From: a virus
IMG/VR virus record: IMGVR_UViG_3300021365_000003
DNA length: 64,000 nucleotides
Strand: one strand, 5' to 3'
The notes beneath the pieces were generated by a model, which did not search any database, was not told the origin of the DNA, and saw only the letters and a list, made by a program, of their open reading frames with translations. Made by a program: the position numbers and the translations under genes. Of the stretch, positions 14,339 through 23,355 are shown piece by piece. Position 1 is the first letter of the stretch. Each line of letters begins with the position of its first letter.

Positions 14339-14908
14339 ATGTATGAAGATTTGGTAAATGAGTTTTATCCGTTTGCTAAAAAGCAACTTGGATTCGATCA
14401 AGATCCAACAATAAACTTTGTAGATGATCAAGAAAATGCGCAGAACCCAATGGGGTATACTGCTCATTATGATCCTTCTTCTATGGTGGTGACTATTTAT
14501 ACTACCGGAAGACACCCAAAAGACATTCTAAGGTCTCTTTCTCATGAGTTAGTGCATCACTCACAAAACTGTCGTGGCGAAGATCTAATGGTCAAGACAC
14601 ACGACATTGACGCTGACCCAAATCTAAAAGCAATGGAAGATGAAGCTTTTCACATAGGTTCAGGTCGGTTGATGAAAAGATATCAAAATCAAATCGGAGG
14701 ATACCCAATGGTAGAAGAAGAGAAAAAGCCAGACTTTTTAGATCTAGACAAAGACGGAGACAAAGAAGAACCTATGAGTAAGGCATCAAAAGAGGCTGAA
14801 GAGTCTAAAGAAGAAACACAAACTGAATCAAAAGATTACCATGACAAAAAGAATAGCATGCTTCATAACATGCTGCTCCGAAAGTTTGGAATCAAAAAAG
14901 GAGAATAA
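14339..14908 (+). CDS. HExxH metallopeptidase-like protein with DxDxDG motif
   Basis: SLSHELVHHSQ...MEDEA; KPDFLDLDKDGDKEEPM. Confidence 0.75.
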   Translation: MYEDLVNEFYPFAKKQLGFDQDPTINFVDDQENAQNPMGYTAHYDPSSMVVTIYTTGRHPKDILRSLSHELVHHSQNCRGEDLMVKTHDIDADPNLKAMEDEAFHIGSGRLMKRYQNQIGGYPMVEEEKKPDFLDLDKDGDKEEPMSKASKEAEESKEETQTESKDYHDKKNSMLHNMLLRKFGIKKGE

Positions 14909-14910
14909 AA

Positions 14911-15132
14911 ATGGCATCACCAAGAACAAGAAGGATTCGAAAGCTCAGAGCAATGAGAGCTGCCGAGGCCCGAAAAGCAGCTGCAGTAGAGCCGGCAGCA
15001 AAACCAGTACCAGCACCCGAGCCAGCACCTAAGCCCGAGCCTAAGCCCGAGCCAGTTGCGAAGAAAGAAGCCAAGCCGGCTCCTAGACGAAAAGCGAAGA
15101 AGGCGGCCCCGGCTGATCTAGCAGAGGGATAA
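14911..15132 (+). CDS. basic Pro/Ala/Lys-rich low-complexity protein
   Basis: PEPKPEPKPEP repeats, Arg-rich N-terminus, AAGGAG RBS. Confidence 0.7.
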   Translation: MASPRTRRIRKLRAMRAAEARKAAAVEPAAKPVPAPEPAPKPEPKPEPVAKKEAKPAPRRKAKKAAPADLAEG

Positions 15133-15133
15133 A

Positions 15134-15388
15134 GTGTTAAAGAGTATAGAAAAAAAGTTTAATGATTTTTTATACCTTAACGAATCCAAAAACAAACCTG
15201 GCCTAAGTGCCATCTTAGAGTCTGCTATAAGGAATCTAGAGTCACTTAGGCCTCGTTCTGTTGGTTCTCGCCGTGCGCTTGTTATGGCTCTTCATGAACT
15301 TAAACAAGCACGCTTAGAATCCCGAAGGATGGATGAGCGGTTAAAAACTCTAGAAGAACAAATAAAAGTTCTAGAAGAAGGAAAATAA
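15134..15388 (+). CDS. hypothetical coiled-coil protein
   Basis: Tightly packed ORF with GTG start. Confidence 0.65.
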   Translation: MLKSIEKKFNDFLYLNESKNKPGLSAILESAIRNLESLRPRSVGSRRALVMALHELKQARLESRRMDERLKTLEEQIKVLEEGK

Positions 15389-15389
15389 G

Positions 15390-18140
15390 ATGACTTCAAT
15401 GTTCGTTAACGAAGGAGGCGTCGCCGGTCATATGTCTCACCTTTATGATAACCCGGCGTTAACTTTTAAGCAGATGAAAGAAATATTCATCGCAGCCTCC
15501 CAGGGCGAACTTGAGGGAACAGAGAAGACTGATGGTCAGAACCTTTACATTTCTTATTCTGTAAAGGATGGTAAGGCCAAAGCAGCCAGGAACAAGGGGA
15601 ACATCAAGAAAGGCGGTTTAGACGCCGCCGGCCTTGCTGCGAAGTTTGCTGGGCGAGGTTCTGTTGAGCAAGCGTTCAACGATGCTTTTTCTGTTTTCGA
15701 GAAAGCAGTTCAGTCACTTCCAGCAGAGACACAGGAAAAGATCTTCGGACCAGATGCAAACATCTATTATAACGCCGAGATACAAGATCCTAGAAACGCA
15801 AACGTCATTAACTATGACACCAAGAACCTAACCATCCACCACGTTGGTCATGCCTATTTTAATAAAGAGTCGGGCCAAGTTGAGGATGTTGATGTCTCTG
15901 AGAGCTTTAACACTCTTCGGCATGCCCTTGTAAAGATGCAAGAGGCCGTCGCCAAGGAAGAGTTTGGGTTTATGGTTAACCCGATTCGAAAGCTAGACAA
16001 ACTAAGTGACGAGACACTGAACAGGAATCTTGCTGCTTTAGAACAAACAATATCCAGGGTTGGAGTTTCAGATAATGATACTGTATTAGATTACCTTGTT
16101 GCTAGAATAGCCCCAATGGTAGAAGACAGTTTTGGCTCTCTACCAGACGAAGCAAAAGCTCTCCTGGTAAATCGATTCGCCTCCGGTCAACGTAGCGGCC
16201 CATACTCAGTAGTAAAACTTAAAAGCATTATTCCTTCCGAACAACGGGCAGCTTTTAGTCGTATGGTTAAAGAAGCAGACACAAAGTTTTTGAAAGCAGC
16301 GATTGCTCCCGTAGAGAGTGTTGTCCACGACTTTACTGTTGATGCTTTAGAAGGCCTCCAATCACTTTTCATTCTTGACAACTCAACAGAAGTAGCAAGA
16401 CTGAAAGATGAAGTAGCCAACGCAATAAAAGTTATAGAGGCCTCCGGTCACGAAGAGGCTATAGAAATTCTCAAGTCTCAACTAGAAAAATTAAAAGATG
16501 CCGATCGTGTTACCACTGCCGCCGAAGGTTTTGTCTTTGACTGGAATGGAAGCACCTATAAGTTTACCGGTAATTTTGCCCCCATCAACCAGATCTTGGG
16601 TATGTTTAAATACGGCCGAGGAAAGATACCGGCCCTTAGTGCTTTAACAGAACAAGAAGATCAAGAAAAGATAGTCGCAGTAATACCAGGAAGCTTCAAA
16701 CCGCCTCACCGTGGCCATATGGATATGGTAGCACACTATGCCGGCATCGCAGACGAGGTTATCGTTTACGTCTCTCCGAAGACCAGAGAAGCAAACGGAG
16801 TTCAGGTAACGTCAGAACAGGCAAAACAAATATTTGACGTATACGCAAAAGCACTTGGCCTTAGAAACGTAAGAGTCGAAGAATCCCCATCAGCATCACC
16901 AGTAACCGCAGCCTACAAACATGTAGAAGAAGTAGCAAAGCCCGGTGAGAAAGTCCTATTAGGTACTAGCACAAAAGGCGGCGACCAAAGTCGTTTTGCA
17001 AAAAGTGTACAAAACTATGCTGCAGAGGGAGTAAAGGTCTTGGATCCAATGGAACACGCATTCACTCCACAACCTCCGGAATTGAGTGCTACAGACTTTA
17101 GAGAGGCCTTTTCGAAAGGAGAGGACATAACTCCATTCATACCGCAGGGCGTTGACCCTGATGAGGTTTTAGTTATTCTGGGAAAAGACCAACCCCCTTC
17201 TTCGGAATCTTCGCTGGATGAAATGTCTGCGATGGGGGGAGGAGCAGTTGGTGGGTTTGCTGCCCCTGTAGACGATGAACCTAAAAAGCGCACTATTTAT
17301 AGAGAGATGCAAGAAAACTATTTCATAAAAAGAGAAGATTTAATGGAAGAACTCAAACTTCGAAAAGCAATACGAAAGATTATCACCGAGAATAAAAGAA
17401 AACAACTAAACGAAGAGCAGCGCCTACGTAAAGCTATTCGTGGGATCCTTACAGAAGCAAAACAGTCCGATGAAGTTGTTTATCAAAACACCGGCGTCAA
17501 TAAACTTCGTGATCTCTTAAAAAATATTATCCCATCAATTCAGGATGACTATAAAGATCTTACAACCTCGTCAGAACAAAGGCAGGCGTATTCCAACCAC
17601 TTGATGATTGGTATCAAAAACCTCTTAGGTATCGCAGACATCTCAAAGAGTTCAGAGACCGACCCTGCCGCCAACTTAGAGCTAGAAGAAGACATCGAGA
17701 TTGGCGTCGCTCCGAGTGACCCAAATAGAATGGACTTAGGTCTTGGTAAGGAAGAAGAACCGGTAATCGATCCTGAAGAAGGAGATTCTAGGACCGAAGA
17801 AGAGAAGCTAGTATCTGGCGATGATATGCCAACCGACCCTGACCAGTTAACAGGGATGAGAGAAGCAGCTGTAACACTCAAGAAGATCCAGACACAGATT
17901 CTCAATGCTTATGAGACCTTATCTAACCCTGAAGATGAGAAAGCTTTTAAAGACTATATTCTTCCGAACATCGAAGCTCACTTAGAGGACCAGGAAGCAG
18001 AAATAACACCTGCTCCGGAAGTGGAAGTAGAAGACCCTGTCGGTTCTGTTGAGGTTGAAGAGCCTGAGCCTGAAGCCGAGGTCGAAGACCAGCTTGACTT
18101 ATCAGAGGACCTTCTTCACAAACTAGCTAGCTTACTTTAA
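15390..18140 (+). CDS. RNA-ligase-like nucleotidyltransferase fused to a HIGH-family (NadD/CoaD-like) nucleotidyltransferase and an acidic C-terminal region
   Basis: EKTDG (motif I), YNAEI, EGFV, YKF; then PGSFKPPHRGH...SATDFR. Confidence 0.8.
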   Translation: MTSMFVNEGGVAGHMSHLYDNPALTFKQMKEIFIAASQGELEGTEKTDGQNLYISYSVKDGKAKAARNKGNIKKGGLDAAGLAAKFAGRGSVEQAFNDAFSVFEKAVQSLPAETQEKIFGPDANIYYNAEIQDPRNANVINYDTKNLTIHHVGHAYFNKESGQVEDVDVSESFNTLRHALVKMQEAVAKEEFGFMVNPIRKLDKLSDETLNRNLAALEQTISRVGVSDNDTVLDYLVARIAPMVEDSFGSLPDEAKALLVNRFASGQRSGPYSVVKLKSIIPSEQRAAFSRMVKEADTKFLKAAIAPVESVVHDFTVDALEGLQSLFILDNSTEVARLKDEVANAIKVIEASGHEEAIEILKSQLEKLKDADRVTTAAEGFVFDWNGSTYKFTGNFAPINQILGMFKYGRGKIPALSALTEQEDQEKIVAVIPGSFKPPHRGHMDMVAHYAGIADEVIVYVSPKTREANGVQVTSEQAKQIFDVYAKALGLRNVRVEESPSASPVTAAYKHVEEVAKPGEKVLLGTSTKGGDQSRFAKSVQNYAAEGVKVLDPMEHAFTPQPPELSATDFREAFSKGEDITPFIPQGVDPDEVLVILGKDQPPSSESSLDEMSAMGGGAVGGFAAPVDDEPKKRTIYREMQENYFIKREDLMEELKLRKAIRKIITENKRKQLNEEQRLRKAIRGILTEAKQSDEVVYQNTGVNKLRDLLKNIIPSIQDDYKDLTTSSEQRQAYSNHLMIGIKNLLGIADISKSSETDPAANLELEEDIEIGVAPSDPNRMDLGLGKEEEPVIDPEEGDSRTEEEKLVSGDDMPTDPDQLTGMREAAVTLKKIQTQILNAYETLSNPEDEKAFKDYILPNIEAHLEDQEAEITPAPEVEVEDPVGSVEVEEPEPEAEVEDQLDLSEDLLHKLASLL

Positions 18141-18467
18141 TTGAGAAAAACAAAAAGTAAAATAAAAAAATCTAAATACTCAATCATAAAACAACTTAAA
18201 GAAGAAAATTTGATTGACGATAGATTCTTAGTTCGTATATCAAACCTGCCACTAGAAGACATTATAGCAATCAAACTTGAGTCTTTGAGCCACAAGATAA
18301 ATGGCAAGATGTACGGCCTAAGTTTAGCAAGATCAATAAAAAAAATAACTATAGAGGCATTAGTAAAGTATGCCAAATCTGTTTGTTCATCCCAACAAGA
18401 AACAGCTTTGTTTTTAGGGATAGACACTATACACCTAAACCGGCTAGAAAATAGCCTTAGACAATAA
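18141..18467 (+). CDS. protein with C-terminal Fis-like HTH
   Basis: SQQETALFLGIDTIHLNRL. Confidence 0.55.
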   Translation: MRKTKSKIKKSKYSIIKQLKEENLIDDRFLVRISNLPLEDIIAIKLESLSHKINGKMYGLSLARSIKKITIEALVKYAKSVCSSQQETALFLGIDTIHLNRLENSLRQ

Positions 18468-18775
18468 GGGGATGCACTGGCTTCGACTTGGAATAAAAAA
18501 TAAATCGTGCAAAAGCTTGGCTGGACATACGAAAACCAGAAAAAAAATAATTGCCAACAATAACGTTGAATTTGACTCTGTTGCGTTAGCAGCATAATCA
18601 GGGGGCGGCAACTGCCTTTTTATCCAAAGTTGCTTTTTTGTTAATTTGTTTCTATTTAATGTAGATTCCCTCATTGTATGAGGTGGCTTGTTAGTCGGGT
18701 GGTTGACTAACTAATTTTGTGAATGACGATTGATTTTAAGTTTTAAGGACTGGGGTTCGACTCCCCACATCTCCA
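18468..18775 (+). ncRNA. ssrA: tmRNA, tag (A)ANNNVEFDSVALAA
   Basis: GGGGATG/CATCTCC-A acceptor with G3:U, GGCTTCGAC 5' motif, GGGGTTCGACTCCCC T arm; tag ORF 18553..18597 ends ALAA-stop. Confidence 0.95.
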
Positions 18776-18778
18776 CTA

Positions 18779-19108
18779 ATGATTGAAAAACACCCACATG
18801 ATAAATATCTAAAAACACTAGTTATTTTAAACCTTTTAGATCTATGCATAACAATCTTTGCTGTAGAAGGAGGCTTTGCCGAAGAAGTTAATCCGATAAT
18901 GGGATACTTTTTAGAGAATTCAGTAATCTCCTTTGCTATGTTTAAAATCTTTGTTATGCAGCACGCCTTGTTGGTTGAATATAATCGTTGGGTTAAAAAA
19001 GATAAACTTTCGAAAAAATGGGTATGGTATTTCTTGATCACGGTCTACGGAGCAACAGTAATATGGAACATAGTAACGGTAAGCCTACACGCAGCTGGAG
19101 TTATATAG
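18779..19108 (+). CDS. membrane protein (DUF5658-like)
   Basis: LNLLDLCIT...G.AEEVNPIM...F..FK. Confidence 0.7.
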   Translation: MIEKHPHDKYLKTLVILNLLDLCITIFAVEGGFAEEVNPIMGYFLENSVISFAMFKIFVMQHALLVEYNRWVKKDKLSKKWVWYFLITVYGATVIWNIVTVSLHAAGVI

Positions 19109-19176
19109 GAGCAGTAAGTTTTATTATTGGCTCTTTTCTTCTTTCGATATCTGCGCTAGCTTGAAAAAATAATTTA

Positions 19177-19205
19177 TTGACTTTTTCATACAAGTAATTT
19201 ATAAT
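19177..19205 (+). promoter_or_regulatory. host sigma70-type promoter
   Basis: TTGACT-N17-TATAAT; the tilS ATG follows after only 6 nt. Confidence 0.8.
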
Positions 19206-19211
19206 GCTTGT

Positions 19212-19823
19212 ATGATTCAACTACTTGGAAACATCCCAAGAGTATCTTATGTTGCCTGTTCCGGCGGCGTTGACTCTATGGCGGCCTTGAGTTTTGTCTC
19301 AAATAACCCATCAAATGACGTTGAGGTGCTTTTCTTTAATCACAACACCCCAACGTCAAACGAAGCAGAAGCCTTTCTAAGACGTTTCTGTGAAAACCGC
19401 ACCCTTACCCTCCACACCGGCTTCCTTGGCGCTGTGAAGCCTCCTGGGGCCTCTCAAGAGGAATTCTGGCGAGATCAAAGATATAAATTCTTTGATGAAT
19501 TTAGCGACAAGCCAATCATCACAGGTCACCACTTGGATGATGTTGTTGAGTTTTATGTTTTTTCTTCATTACACGGAAAAGCAAAAATCACACCATACAG
19601 GAGGGGTAATGTTATACGTCCTTTCCTTTTGACAAAAAAAGAAAAGTTGATCAAATGGTGTGATAAAAAAGAAATGCCTTGGATTGAGGATAAATCTAAT
19701 AATGATAATGCTTTCGCAAGAAACAGAATCCGAAACGTTATTATTCCAGAGATTAAGAAAATCAACCCAGGCATACAAAAAGTTGTTGCAAAAAAAGTAA
19801 AAAGCTTATACAATGAGTTATAA
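19212..19823 (+). CDS. tilS: tRNA(Ile)-lysidine synthase, catalytic domain only
   Basis: ACSGGVDSM PP-loop, R..RY.FF, GHHLDD, RPFL, DKSN, RNRIR. Confidence 0.9.
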   Translation: MIQLLGNIPRVSYVACSGGVDSMAALSFVSNNPSNDVEVLFFNHNTPTSNEAEAFLRRFCENRTLTLHTGFLGAVKPPGASQEEFWRDQRYKFFDEFSDKPIITGHHLDDVVEFYVFSSLHGKAKITPYRRGNVIRPFLLTKKEKLIKWCDKKEMPWIEDKSNNDNAFARNRIRNVIIPEIKKINPGIQKVVAKKVKSLYNEL

Positions 19824-19886
19824 GGTTTACGGTTCCCTTCAGACAATGTCACCGTCCCTCCTGAACAGTCTGTAAAAACCGTATAA

Positions 19887-19961
19887 GGACCTATAGCTCA
19901 ATTGGTTTAGAGTAGTCGTCTCATAAACGATTGGTTCCAGGTTCAAGTCCTGGTGGGTCTA
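19887..19961 (+). tRNA. tRNA with CAT anticodon, most likely tRNA-Ile2
   Basis: GTCGT-CTCATAA-ACGAT anticodon arm; C4-G69 and C5-G68 acceptor pairs; A73; adjacent to tilS. Confidence 0.9.
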
Positions 19962-19977
19962 CTAAATAAGGAGAAAA

Positions 19978-20283
19978 ATGAATGCAAAGGAAATGAAAGA
20001 TCTACAAATTAGAACGTTACAGCCGAGAATCTTAGCGGTAATAAGTCAAATTATTGAAGATATACAATCAGAAGTCAAGACTGGAAACTCACGTGGTTTT
20101 AAAACGTTTAACATCAAGAATGGCACCGAACTGGAGCTTCTTCTCTCTTACGTTGTATTGGAGCTAAAACTTCTTGGATATAAAACCCATGTTCGCCTTA
20201 CCGGCTGTGATGAAAATGGCTGGCGAACTGGCTGTGAGCTTGAAGTAAGTTGGTTCTTTAAACATCCGACCGTACATGGTTAA
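19978..20283 (+). CDS. hypothetical protein
   Basis: AAGGAG RBS. Confidence 0.75.
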   Translation: MNAKEMKDLQIRTLQPRILAVISQIIEDIQSEVKTGNSRGFKTFNIKNGTELELLLSYVVLELKLLGYKTHVRLTGCDENGWRTGCELEVSWFFKHPTVHG

Positions 20284-20303
20284 CTATTAAAATAAGGAGA
20301 AAA

Positions 20304-21005
20304 ATGAATACAACAACAAAAAACTGGACAAACTTTTTTGATAACTTAGATGCCGACGATGAAAACCAAGTCTCTATCACTATTGAAGGAACTTACTATG
20401 GCATCCACGTTGATGATGACTTTGTAGATCTGGCAATTGAAGAGACCGGTCTTTTGGACGATGTACATCAACTTCTCACAGATCGGGAAGTTATTAGAAA
20501 CAATAACCTTTGCCTTGAGGGAGAAACTTATCTAGATCTTTATGGTACCGGAGTGGCTTTGATCGGCGGCTTCTATTTTGATTGGGATGTTTTCAAGACC
20601 CTCCTAAACTTAGAGGAAGAACTTTCAACCAGAGTAATTACTGCGCCCCTTGAGAAACTTCTAGATGGGAAAGAGATGAACGGAGAAAATGTTAATGCCG
20701 CTCTAAGGGAAGATAGAGGCCGCACAATGTCTGATGCTATTGTTGATTACTTTGATACGCTAATTGATGCTAAGCCAAGTGCTATCTACGATGCGTTTGA
20801 GAAAACAACCGAGATGACTGATCGTGAGAGTGCCGAAGTTTCTATTTCCACCGTTATTACTACAACCGTTGGAGAACTCAGAGCAACATTAGAGGATGCC
20901 GCCGACGGCCGCATCGGAAGAACTTGGTTTGAGAAGCGTGATGTTACAATCAAACTAAACTCCGGAGAGAAACAAGAGTTCTCACTAGAATGCTCAAATG
21001 ACTGA
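20304..21005 (+). CDS. acidic hypothetical protein
   Basis: AAGGAG RBS; 233 aa. Confidence 0.8.
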   Translation: MNTTTKNWTNFFDNLDADDENQVSITIEGTYYGIHVDDDFVDLAIEETGLLDDVHQLLTDREVIRNNNLCLEGETYLDLYGTGVALIGGFYFDWDVFKTLLNLEEELSTRVITAPLEKLLDGKEMNGENVNAALREDRGRTMSDAIVDYFDTLIDAKPSAIYDAFEKTTEMTDRESAEVSISTVITTTVGELRATLEDAADGRIGRTWFEKRDVTIKLNSGEKQEFSLECSND

Positions 21006-21717
21006 AAAAGTATATATATTTGATGTTGATGGAACTCTAACCCCGGCAAGACAGCCCGCAACAAAAGAGTTCCTAACTTTCTTTGAGAGTTGGGCAAAGG
21101 AGCATACATTTTATTTATGCTCAGGTTCAGATCTAGAAAAAATAGAAGAGCAGTTGCCCCCGGACATTCTCAACTTGTCCGGGGGTATTTTTGCTTGTAT
21201 GGGAAATGCCTTTTACAAGAACAATAAAAAAGTTTATCAAAGAGACTTTAGACCACCACTTGGCTTTGAAGGGTTTCTCAAATCCCAACTTAGATCTTCT
21301 GACTATCCTTTTAAGACTGGAAACCACATAGAAAAAAGAATTGGAATGTGGAACTTTTCTATTGTTGGCCGAAATGCGACACTGCAGGAACGAAAAGAAT
21401 ACCATGCTTGGGATAAAATGTCCGGTGAAAGGTTAGGCTTAATAAAGAAGATAGAACAAACATTCCCAGGAGTATCTGCTGTTGCCGGTGGAGAGATTTC
21501 ACTAGACCTAAACAACCCAGGTCAAGATAAGTCTCAGGTTGCTGAAGAGGTCTTAGAGCTTCACCCAGATACAAGGTTGGCTTTTGTTGGAGATAGAACT
21601 CGCCCTGGTGGAAATGATTATGCTCTTTCTAAAAAGATTATTGATAATAGATTAGGAGTTTCCGTTCAGACAGAAGGATGGGAAGAGACAATAAGTATTT
21701 TAAATATTCTGGCATAG
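20998..21717 (+). CDS. HAD-IIB phosphomannomutase (eukaryote-type PMM-like)
   Basis: FDVDGTLTPARQ, GSDL, NFSIVGRNA, GGEISLD, FVGDRTRPGGNDY. Confidence 0.85.
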   Translation: MTEKVYIFDVDGTLTPARQPATKEFLTFFESWAKEHTFYLCSGSDLEKIEEQLPPDILNLSGGIFACMGNAFYKNNKKVYQRDFRPPLGFEGFLKSQLRSSDYPFKTGNHIEKRIGMWNFSIVGRNATLQERKEYHAWDKMSGERLGLIKKIEQTFPGVSAVAGGEISLDLNNPGQDKSQVAEEVLELHPDTRLAFVGDRTRPGGNDYALSKKIIDNRLGVSVQTEGWEETISILNILA

Positions 21718-21780
21718 CTCAGTTGGTAGAGCAGCGGACTGTTAATCCGCTTGTCCTTGGTTCGAGTCCAAGTGTCAGAG
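21708..21780 (+). tRNA. tRNA-Asn(GTT)
   Basis: TCTGGCA/TGTCAGA acceptor, GCGGA-CTGTTAA-TCCGC anticodon arm, TTCGAGT T loop, G73. Confidence 0.97.
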
Positions 21781-21809
21781 CTGGTAGCGAAACACAGAAG
21801 GAAAAAATT

Positions 21810-22004
21810 ATGTATGATGAAAAATTAGACCCTAGCTTTGCTAGAAATATCAATATCGAGTTTGACGAAGCAACCTCCTCAGAAAAATGCTTAAACTTTA
21901 TTCTCACAACGAAAACTAACTTTGGAACAACAAAAAGAAAGGTTGTTTTTACTAGTTTCTCGGTTCTCCCAAAATGTTATAGAAAGGCCATGGAATCGAT
22001 CTAA
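21810..22004 (+). CDS. hypothetical protein (MYDEKLDP...)
   Basis: AAGGA RBS; the ORF-track upstream extension runs through the tRNA and is rejected. Confidence 0.5.
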   Translation: MYDEKLDPSFARNINIEFDEATSSEKCLNFILTTKTNFGTTKRKVVFTSFSVLPKCYRKAMESI

Positions 22005-22033
22005 ACACTATTTAAAGAAAGGAGATAAACCAC

Positions 22034-23344
22034 ATGGCAAAAAAAACTTATGTTCTAGATACGAATGTACCTTTGACACATCCGGATTCGCTTTATGCGT
22101 TTGAGAATAACGATATTTTATTACCCTTCAAGGTCCTAGAAGAGTTAGACAAACACAAGAAAAGGCAAGATGGAGTTGGTAGAAATGCCAGAGAAACAAT
22201 CCGCATTTTAGACAGTTTGCGAGAAAAAGGATCTCTTTATAAAGGAGTTCGCTTAGGAAAAGGTTTAGGAATTTTAAAAGCAGTTCAGTTAGATCCTGAA
22301 AATCTAGCAGACTGTCCGGACATTCAATTAAAAGATCCAGACAATGAGATCATTTGCTGCGCCTTCCAAGAGCGAGCCGCCAACCCACGAAGAAAGCATG
22401 TTATGGTTTCCAGAGACATCAACATGCGAGTCAAATGTGACTCCCTTGGTCTCCTGTGTGAAGACTATATTCGCTCAAAGGTCGTAAAAGACACAAGCGA
22501 GCTTTACACAGGCTTCTCATCGGTTTTGGTTGATGATGAAGTTGTTGATCGGTTTTATGCCGGTGAAGAAATCTTTGTAGATGAAGCTTATTACCCAAAT
22601 CAGTTCTTGATGTTGGTTTCCAATGCTAATGATAAAAAGACTGCGCTAGCAAGATACATTAGGCCGTCATCACCTTTGCGAAAAGTTCGTTCAGGTGAGC
22701 GTGTAAAGGTATTTAGCGCCCTGTCTCCAAGAAACAAAGAGCAGGCATTTGCTATAAATTTACTTTTAGATGATAGTATTAGTTTGGTAAGCCTTATCGG
22801 AAAAGCGGGAACTGGCAAAACTTTGACCGCAATCGCTGCCGGCTTGGAGTTGGTACTGGAAAAGGAAGAATACGACAAACTTATTGTATCACGCCCCGTA
22901 ACTCCTATGGGCAAGGACATTGGCTTCCTTCCAGGCACGCTAGAAGAGAAAATGCTTCCCTGGCTAGCACCCGTTCAGGACAACTTAGAAACCCTGCTCT
23001 CCGGCAAGGAAAACTTTAAGATGTTCCAAGAGCGAGGAATTATTGAGATTGAAGCACTTACTTACATTCGTGGTCGCTCAATAAACAACGCTTACATTAT
23101 TATTGATGAAGCACAAAACTTGACAATGCATGAAATAAAAACTATTATTACACGTGTTGGAAATAATACAAAGATTGTTCTCACCGGAGACATTGAGCAA
23201 ATCGATAATGACTATACTGACGAGACATCAAACGGACTTGCTTACGCAGTTGAGAAGTTCAAGGAGTACGAAATCTCCGGCCACGTCACACTTGTTAGAG
23301 GTGAGCGATCCAAGATTGCTACTCTAGCATCCAAGATCTTATAA
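22034..23344 (+). CDS. phoH: PIN-domain PhoH-family ATPase
   Basis: VLDTNV PIN domain; GKAGTGKT; IGFLPG; RGRS; IIDEAQN; GDIEQID. Confidence 0.95.
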   Translation: MAKKTYVLDTNVPLTHPDSLYAFENNDILLPFKVLEELDKHKKRQDGVGRNARETIRILDSLREKGSLYKGVRLGKGLGILKAVQLDPENLADCPDIQLKDPDNEIICCAFQERAANPRRKHVMVSRDINMRVKCDSLGLLCEDYIRSKVVKDTSELYTGFSSVLVDDEVVDRFYAGEEIFVDEAYYPNQFLMLVSNANDKKTALARYIRPSSPLRKVRSGERVKVFSALSPRNKEQAFAINLLLDDSISLVSLIGKAGTGKTLTAIAAGLELVLEKEEYDKLIVSRPVTPMGKDIGFLPGTLEEKMLPWLAPVQDNLETLLSGKENFKMFQERGIIEIEALTYIRGRSINNAYIIIDEAQNLTMHEIKTIITRVGNNTKIVLTGDIEQIDNDYTDETSNGLAYAVEKFKEYEISGHVTLVRGERSKIATLASKIL

Positions 23345-23355
23345 GAGGTAAAAAA

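Noticed and set aside
18137-19041. Minus-strand ORFs across the tmRNA region
   Set aside because: Antisense shadows of the tmRNA and the flanking plus-strand genes
19887-19961. Initiator tRNA-fMet
   Set aside because: Lacks the three consecutive G-C anticodon-stem pairs and the C1 mismatch; has Ile2 determinants and an adjacent tilS
21678-21809. ORF-track CDS spanning the tRNA
   Set aside because: It is a translation of tRNA-Asn sequence; the plausible start is 21810
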